From the NCBI GenBank assembly GCA_005772855.1, contig SXIK01000008.1, positions 11,344 through 75,343 of the forward strand: a DNA stretch of 64,000 bases. Direction: 5' to 3'. The notes under the pieces are model-generated. The model made no database searches and was not told where the DNA came from. It saw only the letters and a list, made by a program, of their open reading frames with translations. Both the position numbers and the translations under genes were made by a program. This document shows, in pieces, positions 1-8,511 of this stretch (within the stretch, counting starts at the first letter, position 1; the number at the start of each line of letters is the position of its first letter). This stretch comes from Planctomycetia bacterium (GTDB lineage Bacteria; Planctomycetota; UBA8108; SXIK01).

Positions 1-1709
1 TGGACGCTGCCCTTTCCAAAGGTCTTCTTGCCCAAAATCGTGGCACGGCCAAAGTCTTTCAGCGCGCCTGCGACAATTTCGGAAGCGCTGGCGCTTCGTT
101 GGTTCACAAGGACAATAATGGGATAGCTCGGGCGGGCGAATGGCTTTGCGTAGGTGGCCACTTCACCGCTTGTGTCACGGCTCCGCTTCCGGCCCTTCTG
201 CGTGACGATGGGTAGCTTGTCCTCGGAGATAAACTCGTCGACGATCTTGACCGCAGAGTCCAGTAGCCCTCCGGGATTATTTCGGAGATCGACGATGAGG
301 CCCGCCATGCCCTGCTTCTCGAGCTCGTCGAGAGCAGCGGTGAACTCCTCGGCGGATTTCTCACCGAACTGCGTGAGCTGCACGTAGCCAATCTTGCCGG
401 GCAGAATCTCCTGGTGCACGGAGGCCAATTCCACCTTGCGGCGCTCGATCTCGAAAACCTTGGGCTCGGACCAGCCACGGCGCAGAATCTTCAGCGTCGC
501 TTTTGAGCCCGCGGGCCCCTTGAGCTTTTCGATCGCTTCCTCGATCCCAAGTTCGTCAGTGCGAGTGCCACCGACTTCGATCACCCGGTCTCCCGAGTGG
601 ATGCCTGCCTTGTAGGCAGGGCCACCGTAGATGGGGCGCAAGATCTCAAGCGGCCTCCCATCCTGTGGCTTGCTCACCTGGGCGCCGATTCCAAAATACT
701 CGCCAGCAATGCTTTGTTTGAACGACTTCGTATCTTCCGGATCCATGAAGGAGGAGAAGTCGTCCAGCGCTCTGACCATGCCGCGAATTCCATTGAGGAT
801 CAGTTTTCCCCGGTCCGTATTGCCCTCGTCCACGTAAGATTTCTGTATCTGAAGGATGATCTCGTCCATCACGCCGTCCATGGGGCTGCGAGGACCGAGC
901 GCTGCGGCCGATTTCCCGGCCCGCTCCAATTTGTCCTCCAGCTCCCGGACACGATCTTCTTTCAGCTTGAGCAGCTTTGCGAGGTCCGTGCCTTCAAGGA
1001 CGATGTCGCCCTTTTCAAGTCCACGGTCGAGCTGGCGGCTCAGAGTCTGGATCCTGTCGAGAGCCGCAGCGCGGCGGCCCATAGGCGTCGGTTCCCGCTT
1101 GAGAGTGCGGAGAACTTCGCGGACGTCACCCTCGAAGTAATCAATCTCCGCCAGAGTCAACGCTGCCTGTTGTTTGACTTCGCTGTCCTGTGAGCCGAGG
1201 AGAGTGACCAGGAGGTCACGAGCCCGGGCCACGCGATCCACGTCCCAAAGGACGCGGGCCAGCGGGATCACGATGGCCGGGTCGGTCGTGCCGTCGAAGA
1301 CCTTCTCGAGAATTGGCAGCACGGCGTCCGGGTCACCATTCTCGCCAAGGATCTCCAGGGCGGCGACGCGCAGATCTTTTGGCAGCTCCGACTGGGAGAG
1401 CTCCTCAAGTGCATCGACTGCCTCCCCTCGGGCTTCCACGTCGCCAAGAAGCAGGATCGCCTTGGCACAGGCCAGTCGGACCTTGTTGCTCGCCTCCTTG
1501 AGCTTTGCACGGAGCGATGGGACCGCCTCCTTGCCGAGTCCTTCGAGCCTGGCCGCCAGGGCCCAATATTTCGCCCCTTCGCGGGAGTCGAGCTGGCTCG
1601 TCAGGCCGGTCACCAGCGCGCCGATGTCTTGTGTCGGTGCCTCATCGGCGTGGAGTGCGAGGCAGCCGGTGAGAAGAACGGCCAAAAGGTCGAATCGAGG
1701 CTTGTACAC
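1..1709 (-). CDS. ctpA: S41A carboxyl-terminal processing protease with N-terminal HEAT-like repeats and coiled coil; 3' end runs off the window
   Basis: Absent from the ORF track because no stop lies in the window. Manual translation from GTG at 1709 (GGAGA upstream) gives MYKPRFDLLAVLLTGCLALHA..., a PDZ entry (YFGIGAQV), DLRNNPGGLL, NQRSASASEIVAGAL and TFGKGSV. Confidence 0.9.
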   Translation of the reverse strand, partial: MYKPRFDLLAVLLTGCLALHADEAPTQDIGALVTGLTSQLDSREGAKYWALAARLEGLGKEAVPSLRAKLKEASNKVRLACAKAILLLGDVEARGEAVDALEELSQSELPKDLRVAALEILGENGDPDAVLPILEKVFDGTTDPAIVIPLARVLWDVDRVARARDLLVTLLGSQDSEVKQQAALTLAEIDYFEGDVREVLRTLKREPTPMGRRAAALDRIQTLSRQLDRGLEKGDIVLEGTDLAKLLKLKEDRVRELEDKLERAGKSAAALGPRSPMDGVMDEIILQIQKSYVDEGNTDRGKLILNGIRGMVRALDDFSSFMDPEDTKSFKQSIAGEYFGIGAQVSKPQDGRPLEILRPIYGGPAYKAGIHSGDRVIEVGGTRTDELGIEEAIEKLKGPAGSKATLKILRRGWSEPKVFEIERRKVELASVHQEILPGKIGYVQLTQFGEKSAEEFTAALDELEKQGMAGLIVDLRNNPGGLLDSAVKIVDEFISEDKLPIVTQKGRKRSRDTSGEVATYAKPFARPSYPIIVLVNQRSASASEIVAGALKDFGRATILGKKTFGKGSV

Positions 1710-1809
1710 TGAGTGGGTGTCTCCGTAAGAGTTTCGGCGATAAGCCGTCACAAATCCTAACACCGCGCCGAAAGCGGCGGCAAAGATTTCTGTTCCCGGT
1801 ACTTGCCGG

Positions 1810-1818
1810 TGTGGATAA
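1810..1818 (-). promoter_or_regulatory. Single perfect DnaA box (TTATCCACA) in the ctpA/comM divergent intergenic region
   Basis: TGTGGATAA at 1810-1818 on + is an exact consensus match. It is only one copy. Confidence 0.3.
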
Positions 1819-1883
1819 CATGCCGCTTCCTGCCCTGCCGCCGCGACCGCGCCGGGAGCCTCGTGTCCCCCCGAGGATTCCCC

Positions 1884-3563
1884 ATGGCTCACGAACCTGT
1901 CGTTGCAAACTCTCCAGCCGAGGCCCTCCAATCCGCCGGGGCCGAGATCCGGTCCGAAGCGTCAGGCCTTCCAGCAAGAAGCATGGTGCGTCTCCTGAGC
2001 GGAGATTTCTTTGGTATTGAGGGTCGACCCGTGGAGGTGCAGGTCGATGTCTCCGACAGGGGCACGCCTGGTTTTAGTATTGTGGGACTTGTCGGGAAGT
2101 CCATCCGTGAAAGCCGGGAGCGCATTCGCTCGGCCATCGCCAACTCTGGTTTCGAGTTCCCGTTCAAGGCGCGAATCCTTGTCAATTTGGCTCCAGCGGC
2201 CCAGGAGAAACAGGGCTCGGGGTTCGATTTGGCGATTGCTCTGGGGATCTTGCTCGCAAGCCGGCAATCGCCCGGAAAGGAGCGCTGCTTCTCCGACGAT
2301 GGGCTCGTCAGGGGGGTAGGGTTCGTGGGGGAACTCGGCTTACAAGGTGAGCTACGGCGAGTGCCAGGCGTACTTCTCGTCGGGCACACACTTCGGCGGA
2401 CTCGAGGCGTCGAGCGTATGGTCGTCCCCAGGGAAAATGCGAGCGAAGCGGCTCTTGTGGAAGGGATCGAGGTCGCTCCTGCGGCGGACTTGCACGAGGC
2501 CCTCGGATCGCTGGATGTTGGTCTGCCCATCCCGGGCCGTCTTGCCCACGACCCACGCAACTGCTCGCGGGATTCTTCGGGCACGGTTTCTCGGACCATC
2601 GAGGAACAGCTCGATTTCATTGATGTGCGAGGGCAGGAGGCAACGAAGCGAGGGCTCGCAGTTGCGGCAGCGGGGGGCCACAACGTCCTGCTCTGCGGCC
2701 CCCCCGGGGCCGGAAAAACCATGTTGGCGAGGCGGCTGCCCGGAATTCTGCCTCCGATGGATTTTCAGGAAGCCATGGACGTGACGGGGATCCTGAGCGT
2801 GCTCGGGCACGAAATTCGTGACCGCCTCTTCGAGGCCCGGCCATTCCGCGCTCCTCACCACACGATCAGCTACGCTGGGCTGGTGGGTGGAGGCAGCCGT
2901 CTTCGCCCCGGCGAGGTCACCCGTGCGCACCGAGGCGTGCTCTTCCTCGACGAGCTCCCCGAGTTCCACCGGCAGGCGCTTGAGGCCCTCAGAGAGCCAC
3001 TCGAGGAGGGGCACATCTCGATCAGTCGCAGCTCAGGTTGCGTCCAGTTTCCGGCCCGGTTCTTGCTTGTTGGAGCGATGAACCCCTGCCCTTGTGGTTA
3101 CCTTGGCCATGGGAAGCGACTCTGTTCATGTAGCACAAGCGAAGTAAAAAGCTATCGGCAGCGGATCTCTGGGCCACTGCTTGATCGAATTGACCTCCAC
3201 ATTACCGTCAGTGCGGTCGATCCCTCGGAGCTCGTCGCCATCGCCTCTTCAAGGGGGCCAAACCTCTTGAGTACCAGGGCACTCCGGGAGGGTGTCACGA
3301 CCGCCCGCAACATCGCTGCGGACAGATGGGGTGGCAATCTGTTGAACGCCACCATTCCCTTCGCGCGGCTGTTGAATGGGGGCACTGTGCGCCAGGCTGC
3401 TTTCGCGAGGCTTCACCGTTGCGCGGAGAGGCTGAACCTCTCGGCGCGAGGGCTTACACGGTGCCTCCGAGTTGCCCGGACCGTGGCTGACATGGAGCGA
3501 TCGCTCATGGTCGAGGTGGAACATGTTGAAGAGGCCCTGTTGTTTCGCGAAATTGGCTGGTAG
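1884..3563 (+). CDS. comM: ComM/YifB Mg-chelatase-like AAA+ ATPase
   Basis: Motifs VEVQVDV, GFDLAIALG, GELGLQGELR, GPPGAGKT, PFRAPHHTIS, LFLDELPEF, AMNPCPCG, ISGPLLDRID and ARTVAD. Start set at ATG 1884 (GAGGA upstream); ATG 1983 is an alternative. Confidence 0.93.
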   Translation: MAHEPVVANSPAEALQSAGAEIRSEASGLPARSMVRLLSGDFFGIEGRPVEVQVDVSDRGTPGFSIVGLVGKSIRESRERIRSAIANSGFEFPFKARILVNLAPAAQEKQGSGFDLAIALGILLASRQSPGKERCFSDDGLVRGVGFVGELGLQGELRRVPGVLLVGHTLRRTRGVERMVVPRENASEAALVEGIEVAPAADLHEALGSLDVGLPIPGRLAHDPRNCSRDSSGTVSRTIEEQLDFIDVRGQEATKRGLAVAAAGGHNVLLCGPPGAGKTMLARRLPGILPPMDFQEAMDVTGILSVLGHEIRDRLFEARPFRAPHHTISYAGLVGGGSRLRPGEVTRAHRGVLFLDELPEFHRQALEALREPLEEGHISISRSSGCVQFPARFLLVGAMNPCPCGYLGHGKRLCSCSTSEVKSYRQRISGPLLDRIDLHITVSAVDPSELVAIASSRGPNLLSTRALREGVTTARNIAADRWGGNLLNATIPFARLLNGGTVRQAAFARLHRCAERLNLSARGLTRCLRVARTVADMERSLMVEVEHVEEALLFREIGW

Positions 3564-3599
3564 GGAAAGTCCGGTGAAGTTGCCCCCTCATCCTTACAT

Positions 3600-3635
3600 T
3601 TGCCGCTCGAATCCAAACGGCTATAAGCCTATAAT
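3600..3635 (+). promoter_or_regulatory. Putative sigma70-type promoter for the small ORF-asd-truA unit
   Basis: TTGCCG (3600-3605), 16-nt spacer, TATAAG (3622-3627); a perfect TATAAT also lies at 3630-3635. Confidence 0.4.
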
Positions 3636-3661
3636 TGTGGCCTTTACAAGGACATGACGGA

Positions 3662-3787
3662 ATGGCGTTCGGCTGGTCGTTTCCCAAGTTGATGGTCGTC
3701 GTTTCGGTGGCATTCCTCCTCTTTGGAGTGCCCATCATGACCTTCATCATGGTCCTGATGGAGAGGCGAAGGAAAAGGAAGGAGTAA
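3662..3787 (+). CDS. 41-aa single-pass membrane protein, below the ORF-track cutoff
   Basis: MAFGWSFPKLMVVVSVAFLLFGVPIMTFIMVLMERRRKRKE*: a hydrophobic span followed by a basic tail. AAGGA lies upstream and the stop is 1 nt before the asd ATG. Confidence 0.65.
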   Translation: MAFGWSFPKLMVVVSVAFLLFGVPIMTFIMVLMERRRKRKE

Positions 3788-3788
3788 T

Positions 3789-4820
3789 ATGCAGAGGCGC
3801 AAGCTTCGGGTGGCCGTCGTGGGCGCCACCGGGGCGGTCGGCGAAGAAATGCTGCGGGTCCTTGAGACAAGGCAGTTTCCGGTTTCCGACTTGGTTCCGC
3901 TGGCGTCCGAGCGTTCCCGCGGCAGGTCGGTGGCCTTTCGCGGCAAACCCGTAGACATTCGTGTATTGGGAAAGGAATCTTTCCAGGGCATCGATCTGGC
4001 CTTGTTCTCCGCAGGTGCCAGCATTTCCCGTGAATTCGCGCCGCAGGCTGTCAGAGCCGGTGCCGTGGTAGTTGACAACTCGTCAGCATTCCGCATGGAT
4101 CCAGAGATCCCTCTGATCGTTCCAGAAGTGAATTCCGAGATGATTTCCAGGCACAAGGGGATCATCGCGAACCCCAATTGCTCGACGATCATCATGGTCG
4201 TCGCCATCGCGCCCATTCACAGGCTCTCCCCGATCCAGCGCATCGTCGCTTCGACCTATCAGGCTGCCTCTGGCGCCGGGGCGAAGGGTATGGACGCGCT
4301 ACTGCGGGAGGTGGAGGGCGAGAACCAGAGATCGACCAGCGTGCCACTGAACTCCAGGGCCAAGGACTCCCCCTTTCCCCATCGTTTGGCGGGAAACTTG
4401 ATCCCAAGAATCGACGTTCTCCAGGAAAACGGGTACACGAAGGAGGAGATGAAGCTGGTGTTTGAGACCCGGAAGATCATGGGCCTGCCCCCGATTCCGA
4501 TCAGCGCCACCTGCGTCAGGGTTCCGGTGGAGAGGGCCCATTCGGAGTCCGTGCAGATCACTACCCGCGATCCGCTCAGCCTCGAGGAGATCCGCGAGGC
4601 GATCCAGAATTCCCCTGGTGTACAGCTCCAGGACTCGCCGCGGGAGGACGTCTATCCGATGCCTCTTATCGTCAGCGGCGAGGACGACGTCTTCGTCGGC
4701 AGAATCAGAAAGCACCCCGATGAGCGCAATACTTACGATCTGTGGATCGTCGGGGATCAAATTCGCAAGGGCGCTGCGCTGAACGCGGTTCAGATCGCCG
4801 AAAAACTTTTAGATGGCTGA
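3789..4820 (+). CDS. asd: Aspartate-semialdehyde dehydrogenase
   Basis: VGATGAVG, LALFSAG, VVDNSSAFRMD, IIANPNCST (catalytic Cys), TCVRVPV..HSE, DQIRKGAALNAVQIAE. Confidence 0.97.
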   Translation: MQRRKLRVAVVGATGAVGEEMLRVLETRQFPVSDLVPLASERSRGRSVAFRGKPVDIRVLGKESFQGIDLALFSAGASISREFAPQAVRAGAVVVDNSSAFRMDPEIPLIVPEVNSEMISRHKGIIANPNCSTIIMVVAIAPIHRLSPIQRIVASTYQAASGAGAKGMDALLREVEGENQRSTSVPLNSRAKDSPFPHRLAGNLIPRIDVLQENGYTKEEMKLVFETRKIMGLPPIPISATCVRVPVERAHSESVQITTRDPLSLEEIREAIQNSPGVQLQDSPREDVYPMPLIVSGEDDVFVGRIRKHPDERNTYDLWIVGDQIRKGAALNAVQIAEKLLDG

Positions 4821-5634
4821 GACGGCAGCTTCCGGAGGTGCGCACAACATCCACCTGACCCTGGCTTACGACGGCACCGATTTCCATGGTTGGCAGGTTC
4901 AGCCGGGGCTTCGTACCGTCGAGGGCGTGCTCGAGTCCGCCCTTTCGGACCTCGAGGGCCTTCCCGTCGATGTCCACGGAGCCAGTCGAACTGATCAGGG
5001 CGTGCATGCCCTCGGGCAGTCGGCGAGCTTTGTCACCAGCTCACGAATACCCGTGGAGCGTTACGTCAAGGCCCTGAATGCTCGTCTGCCGCTGGACCTG
5101 CGAGTCTGCGCCGCTCGATCGATGCCGCTGGAATTTCACGCACGGTTTTCGGCAGTGGGCAAGCACTATCGCTATTGCCTCGACGGGTCGAGTGTTCCCG
5201 CCATTTTTTCCGCAAGATACACACTTCACTATCCCTACCCATCGTTGCGCCTCGATGACTTGCGTCTCGCTGCCAAGGTGTTGGAGGGGGAGCACGACTT
5301 CGCTTCGTTTCAGTGCCAGTCCGAGGATGCGCCCTTGACCTCAGTACGACGGGTGGACGCCATCCTTGTGACGGAGAATGGGTCGCTCCTCCACATCGAT
5401 GTGTGGGGCCGCAGTTTCTTGTACAAGATGGTACGCACAATGGTCGGAACGCTCCTTGAAGTCGGCCGTGGAAAATGGAGCGCAGCCAGAGTCAAGGAGG
5501 CCCTCGAGGCGAGAGATCGTCGCCTGGCCGGGCCCACGGCACCGGCGCACGGGCTGACGCTTTGCTCCGTTGCGTACGAGCTTGCCGCCATGTATCCTGC
5601 GATTCGTGAAGCGTGCTCCGGTCCGAATGGTTGA
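4813..5634 (+). CDS. truA: tRNA pseudouridine(38-40) synthase
   Basis: LAYDGTDFHGWQVQP, GASRTDQGVHA, FHARFSA, GEHDFASF, SFLYKMVRTMVG, GPTAPAHGL. Confidence 0.96.
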   Translation: MAETAASGGAHNIHLTLAYDGTDFHGWQVQPGLRTVEGVLESALSDLEGLPVDVHGASRTDQGVHALGQSASFVTSSRIPVERYVKALNARLPLDLRVCAARSMPLEFHARFSAVGKHYRYCLDGSSVPAIFSARYTLHYPYPSLRLDDLRLAAKVLEGEHDFASFQCQSEDAPLTSVRRVDAILVTENGSLLHIDVWGRSFLYKMVRTMVGTLLEVGRGKWSAARVKEALEARDRRLAGPTAPAHGLTLCSVAYELAAMYPAIREACSGPNG

Positions 5635-6001
5635 CGCTCCGGCCCTTTTGCGTTGGGCTATCGATTGGATTCAAGACGTTTCCCCGAAACACTTTGCAGC
5701 CGAAATTGTGGGAAGTTCGAGGCGAATGGGTGGCCCGGCGAGCAATCGCTCGGACCTCCGATCGGTTCCTTTCTTGCCACGCGGTGGGGACTGTGAGGAA
5801 AGCTGCCCCGCAAGCGGCCTACTTGTGCCACGGAAAGAAGGGTGTATTGTGAGAGAGCCCCGGATGCTTGGCTTTCCGTCTTCTCGCTCCTTGAATGGGC
5901 CAGAAGTGCCCGTTGGACCGATTGAGGCTGGACCCGGGACAGCTCCGCACCAAAATGCACCGATCGAGGTAAGTACCCATGAGCTCAGAGGAGAATCCCC
6001 C

Positions 6002-6412
6002 ATGGCAATGATTGTCGTCACCGGCAGAGACGGGCAGGTCACATCACGAAACCGGGAACATGCGGAAGATAAAATCACGAAACTCGAGAGGTATTTTGAC
6101 GGGATTAACAGGATCGAGGCGATCCTCAGCCACTCGGGCGATGTGGCCAAAGCGGAGCTGGTGATCACCGTTCCAAGGGGACGGCCCATTGTGTGCCACT
6201 CCGAGGCCAAGGATCTCTACGCAGCGATTGATCTTGTCGTCGACAAGGCCGAGATTCAGCTGACGAAGTTCAAGGAACGGTTGAAAGACCACAAGGCCTC
6301 GCGGGGTGGACCGCCCAAAGCACCTTCGGCGGGGGCCCAGACTTCTCCGCGCGGCGGGGATGATGAAGGGCTTGAGTCGTACGACGAAGTAATTGAAAAG
6401 AGGGACTTTTAG
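6002..6412 (+). CDS. hpf: Ribosome hibernation promoting factor (RaiA/HPF) with short acidic tail
   Basis: AGAGGAG upstream of ATG 6002; KITKLERYFD and DLYAAIDLVVDKAEIQLTKFKERLKDH. The upstream extension in the ORF track is not homologous. Confidence 0.9.
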   Translation: MAMIVVTGRDGQVTSRNREHAEDKITKLERYFDGINRIEAILSHSGDVAKAELVITVPRGRPIVCHSEAKDLYAAIDLVVDKAEIQLTKFKERLKDHKASRGGPPKAPSAGAQTSPRGGDDEGLESYDEVIEKRDF

Positions 6413-6415
6413 CGA

Positions 6416-6892
6416 ATGACGTTAGTTGAAGTCTTTCCCCCTTCCGCATGGATCCATGACCTAAAGGCCCGCGACAAGAGAAACGCGCTCAAGGAGCTTC
6501 TGCAGCACTTGGTGACTCTGGGCCACCTGAAGGGCGAGAGCGTCAAGAAGGCGGAAAAGGCCGTTCAGTCCAGAGAGCAGCAAGGCTCCACCGCGATTGG
6601 CAAGGGTCTGGCGATTCCTCATGCCAAGGGGTGCTCGTTCGCGAAAAATGTCCTGGGGGTTTTCGCGAGGTCTAGCGAAGGGGTGCCCTTCGACGCCGTC
6701 GACGGGGGGCTTGTGCATGTCCTCTTCCTGGTGATTTCTCCCGAGAAGCTTGTGAACGAGCACACGGATCTCATGCGGCGCATTGCTCGGTTCCACATGG
6801 ACGAGAAGACCCTACGATTCCTTGCAAAGAGCCAATTCCTCGACAATCTTCAGGAAATCTTTAAGGAAGTCGATGACTACTTCGTCAGCTGA
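6416..6892 (+). CDS. ptsN: PTS IIA (fructose/mannitol/Ntr family) protein
   Basis: REQQGSTAIGKGLAIPHAK (phosphorylated His), GVPFDAVDG and VLFLVISP; hpf context. Confidence 0.85.
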   Translation: MTLVEVFPPSAWIHDLKARDKRNALKELLQHLVTLGHLKGESVKKAEKAVQSREQQGSTAIGKGLAIPHAKGCSFAKNVLGVFARSSEGVPFDAVDGGLVHVLFLVISPEKLVNEHTDLMRRIARFHMDEKTLRFLAKSQFLDNLQEIFKEVDDYFVS

Positions 6893-7922
6893 TCGCTTCC
6901 CGTCCGAGAGTGACGCCATCGTTGCTGCCAGTACTGTTCGTGCCGTTGCCTTCGGTGGGGGAACGGGCATGGCCGCACTACTGGCCGGCCTCAAGGCCTT
7001 TACCCCCAATATAACGGCAGTTGTTACCGTCACCGACAACGGCGGAAGCTCGGGCCGGCTCAGGAATGACTTCGACATGGCCGCCCCGGGGGATCTCCGT
7101 AATTGCATTATCGCCCTTGCCGACGTGGATCCTGTTCTTGCCAAGGTCTTCCAGTACCGGTTCCACGAGGCAGAATTTCGTGACCACTGCTTCGGAAATC
7201 TCTTCATCACAGTGCTTACGCGAGTGGTGGGAGACTTTGAGGAGTCGATCCGGATTTTGAACGGGCTGTTGAAGGTCCGTGGTCGCGTGATCCCGGCGAC
7301 GAGCAGCAAGGTCTCTCTTGTCGCGCATCATCCGGGCGGATCAAAAAGCACCGGAGAGGTACAAATCACCCGATCGAGGAAGCCAATTGACCGAATCGAG
7401 CTGCGGCCATCTCCCGTGCCGCTTTCCCGAGAGATTCGAGAAGCGATTCAAGCCGCAGATCTCTTCCTCTTCGGTCCGGGCAGTTTGTTTACGAGCGTGA
7501 TTCCCAATTTGCTCCTGGAGGGGATTGTGGAGGCGATCAACGAGAGTGGGAAGCCGCGGGTCTACATCGGAAATATCATGACGCAGCCAGGTGAGACGGA
7601 TGGGTTTCAGTTGAGTGATCACATTCGGGCGCTCCGGCGCCATGTGGGCGCGGATTTCCCGGACAGTGTAATAGCCCACGAAGGAGCCATTCCGGAGCAG
7701 TTGGCCGAGAAATATTTCGAGTTAGGCTCCACCCCCGTGCTGCCCGACCTGGAAGGCAAGCCGGAGTTCGAGGGTATCCGGGTCATCAGAAGAAATCTGC
7801 TCGCATCGGGGGGGACAGCCCGGCACGATTCTGACAAGCTGGCGCATGTGATTCGCGACGAGTTTCTCATCCCGATTGCAAGATCATTGAAGCCACTGCT
7901 TTCGGGGGTCTCATGGAAGTGA
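6873..7922 (+). CDS. yvcK: YvcK/GlmR/CofD-like UDP-sugar-binding protein
   Basis: AFGGGTG, VTDNGGSSGRLR, PGDLRNC, FQYRF, HCFGNL, GPGSLFTSVIPNL, NIMTQPGETDG, RHDS. Confidence 0.92.
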   Translation: MTTSSADRFPSESDAIVAASTVRAVAFGGGTGMAALLAGLKAFTPNITAVVTVTDNGGSSGRLRNDFDMAAPGDLRNCIIALADVDPVLAKVFQYRFHEAEFRDHCFGNLFITVLTRVVGDFEESIRILNGLLKVRGRVIPATSSKVSLVAHHPGGSKSTGEVQITRSRKPIDRIELRPSPVPLSREIREAIQAADLFLFGPGSLFTSVIPNLLLEGIVEAINESGKPRVYIGNIMTQPGETDGFQLSDHIRALRRHVGADFPDSVIAHEGAIPEQLAEKYFELGSTPVLPDLEGKPEFEGIRVIRRNLLASGGTARHDSDKLAHVIRDEFLIPIARSLKPLLSGVSWK

Positions 7923-8188
7923 GCCACACAATTGAACTGACCAACCTGTACGGGCTTCATGCCCGTTCGTCCTCCCTGCTCGCCCAGACCGCTCAACAAT
8001 TCAAGGCTGCAATTCGCCTTGGACGGTTGGGTGCCAACGATGAGGTTGACGCCAAGAGCATTTTGGCCTTGCTGACTCTTGGCGCCTCCAAGGGCCAAGC
8101 CCTGTTGATACGTGCCTCGGGTGAAGACGCCGAGAAGGCAGTCGTCGCGTTGACTGAACTCATTGGGAAGAACTTTGGGGAGGAGTAA
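7913..8188 (+). CDS. ptsH: HPr phosphocarrier
   Basis: GLHAR (His15), DAKSILALLTLG (Ser46 region) and ASGEDAEKAV. Confidence 0.93.
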   Translation: MEVSHTIELTNLYGLHARSSSLLAQTAQQFKAAIRLGRLGANDEVDAKSILALLTLGASKGQALLIRASGEDAEKAVVALTELIGKNFGEE

Positions 8189-8511
8189 GTCCACCTCTCC
8201 ATGGTTGCAAAGCACCGTCACCTTCAGTTCACGCCCCAAGGCTGAAGGAGAGGCCGCCGGAGGAGCAGAGACCGCGACCGCCCGGGGGGAGTATCTTTGC
8301 AGTGTGCGCCCGACGAGGTAAAGTAGGCTTGCAAGTGGCCGTGGCCAACACCGAATTTTGGAATAGGCTTGAACAGTCAGTCTAAAATCCGGGCCACAAC
8401 TGAGGGTGATTTAAAGGTCCGGACCGACGTCAGGCGACAGAGACAGCGCACGGAAGACCCAGCTCTGAGGGTATTTTCTTGCGGTCGACGTTAACCAAGG
8501 AGTTATTTGCA

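Noticed and set aside
3562-3575. GGAAAGTCCGG resembles the RNase P RNA 5' conserved region
   Set aside because: Only about 100 bp is available before the next ORF, and none of the other universal rnpB motifs follow.
5793-5990. GAGGAAAG, GTGCCACGGAAA and GGTAAG..CCC suggest rnpB
   Set aside because: The spacing is wrong, AGTCC is missing, and there is no 3' AGAACCCGGCTTA before hpf begins.
5570-6001. N-terminal extension of HPF in the ORF track
   Set aside because: It overlaps truA, has no homology signal, and a strong SD marks ATG 6002.
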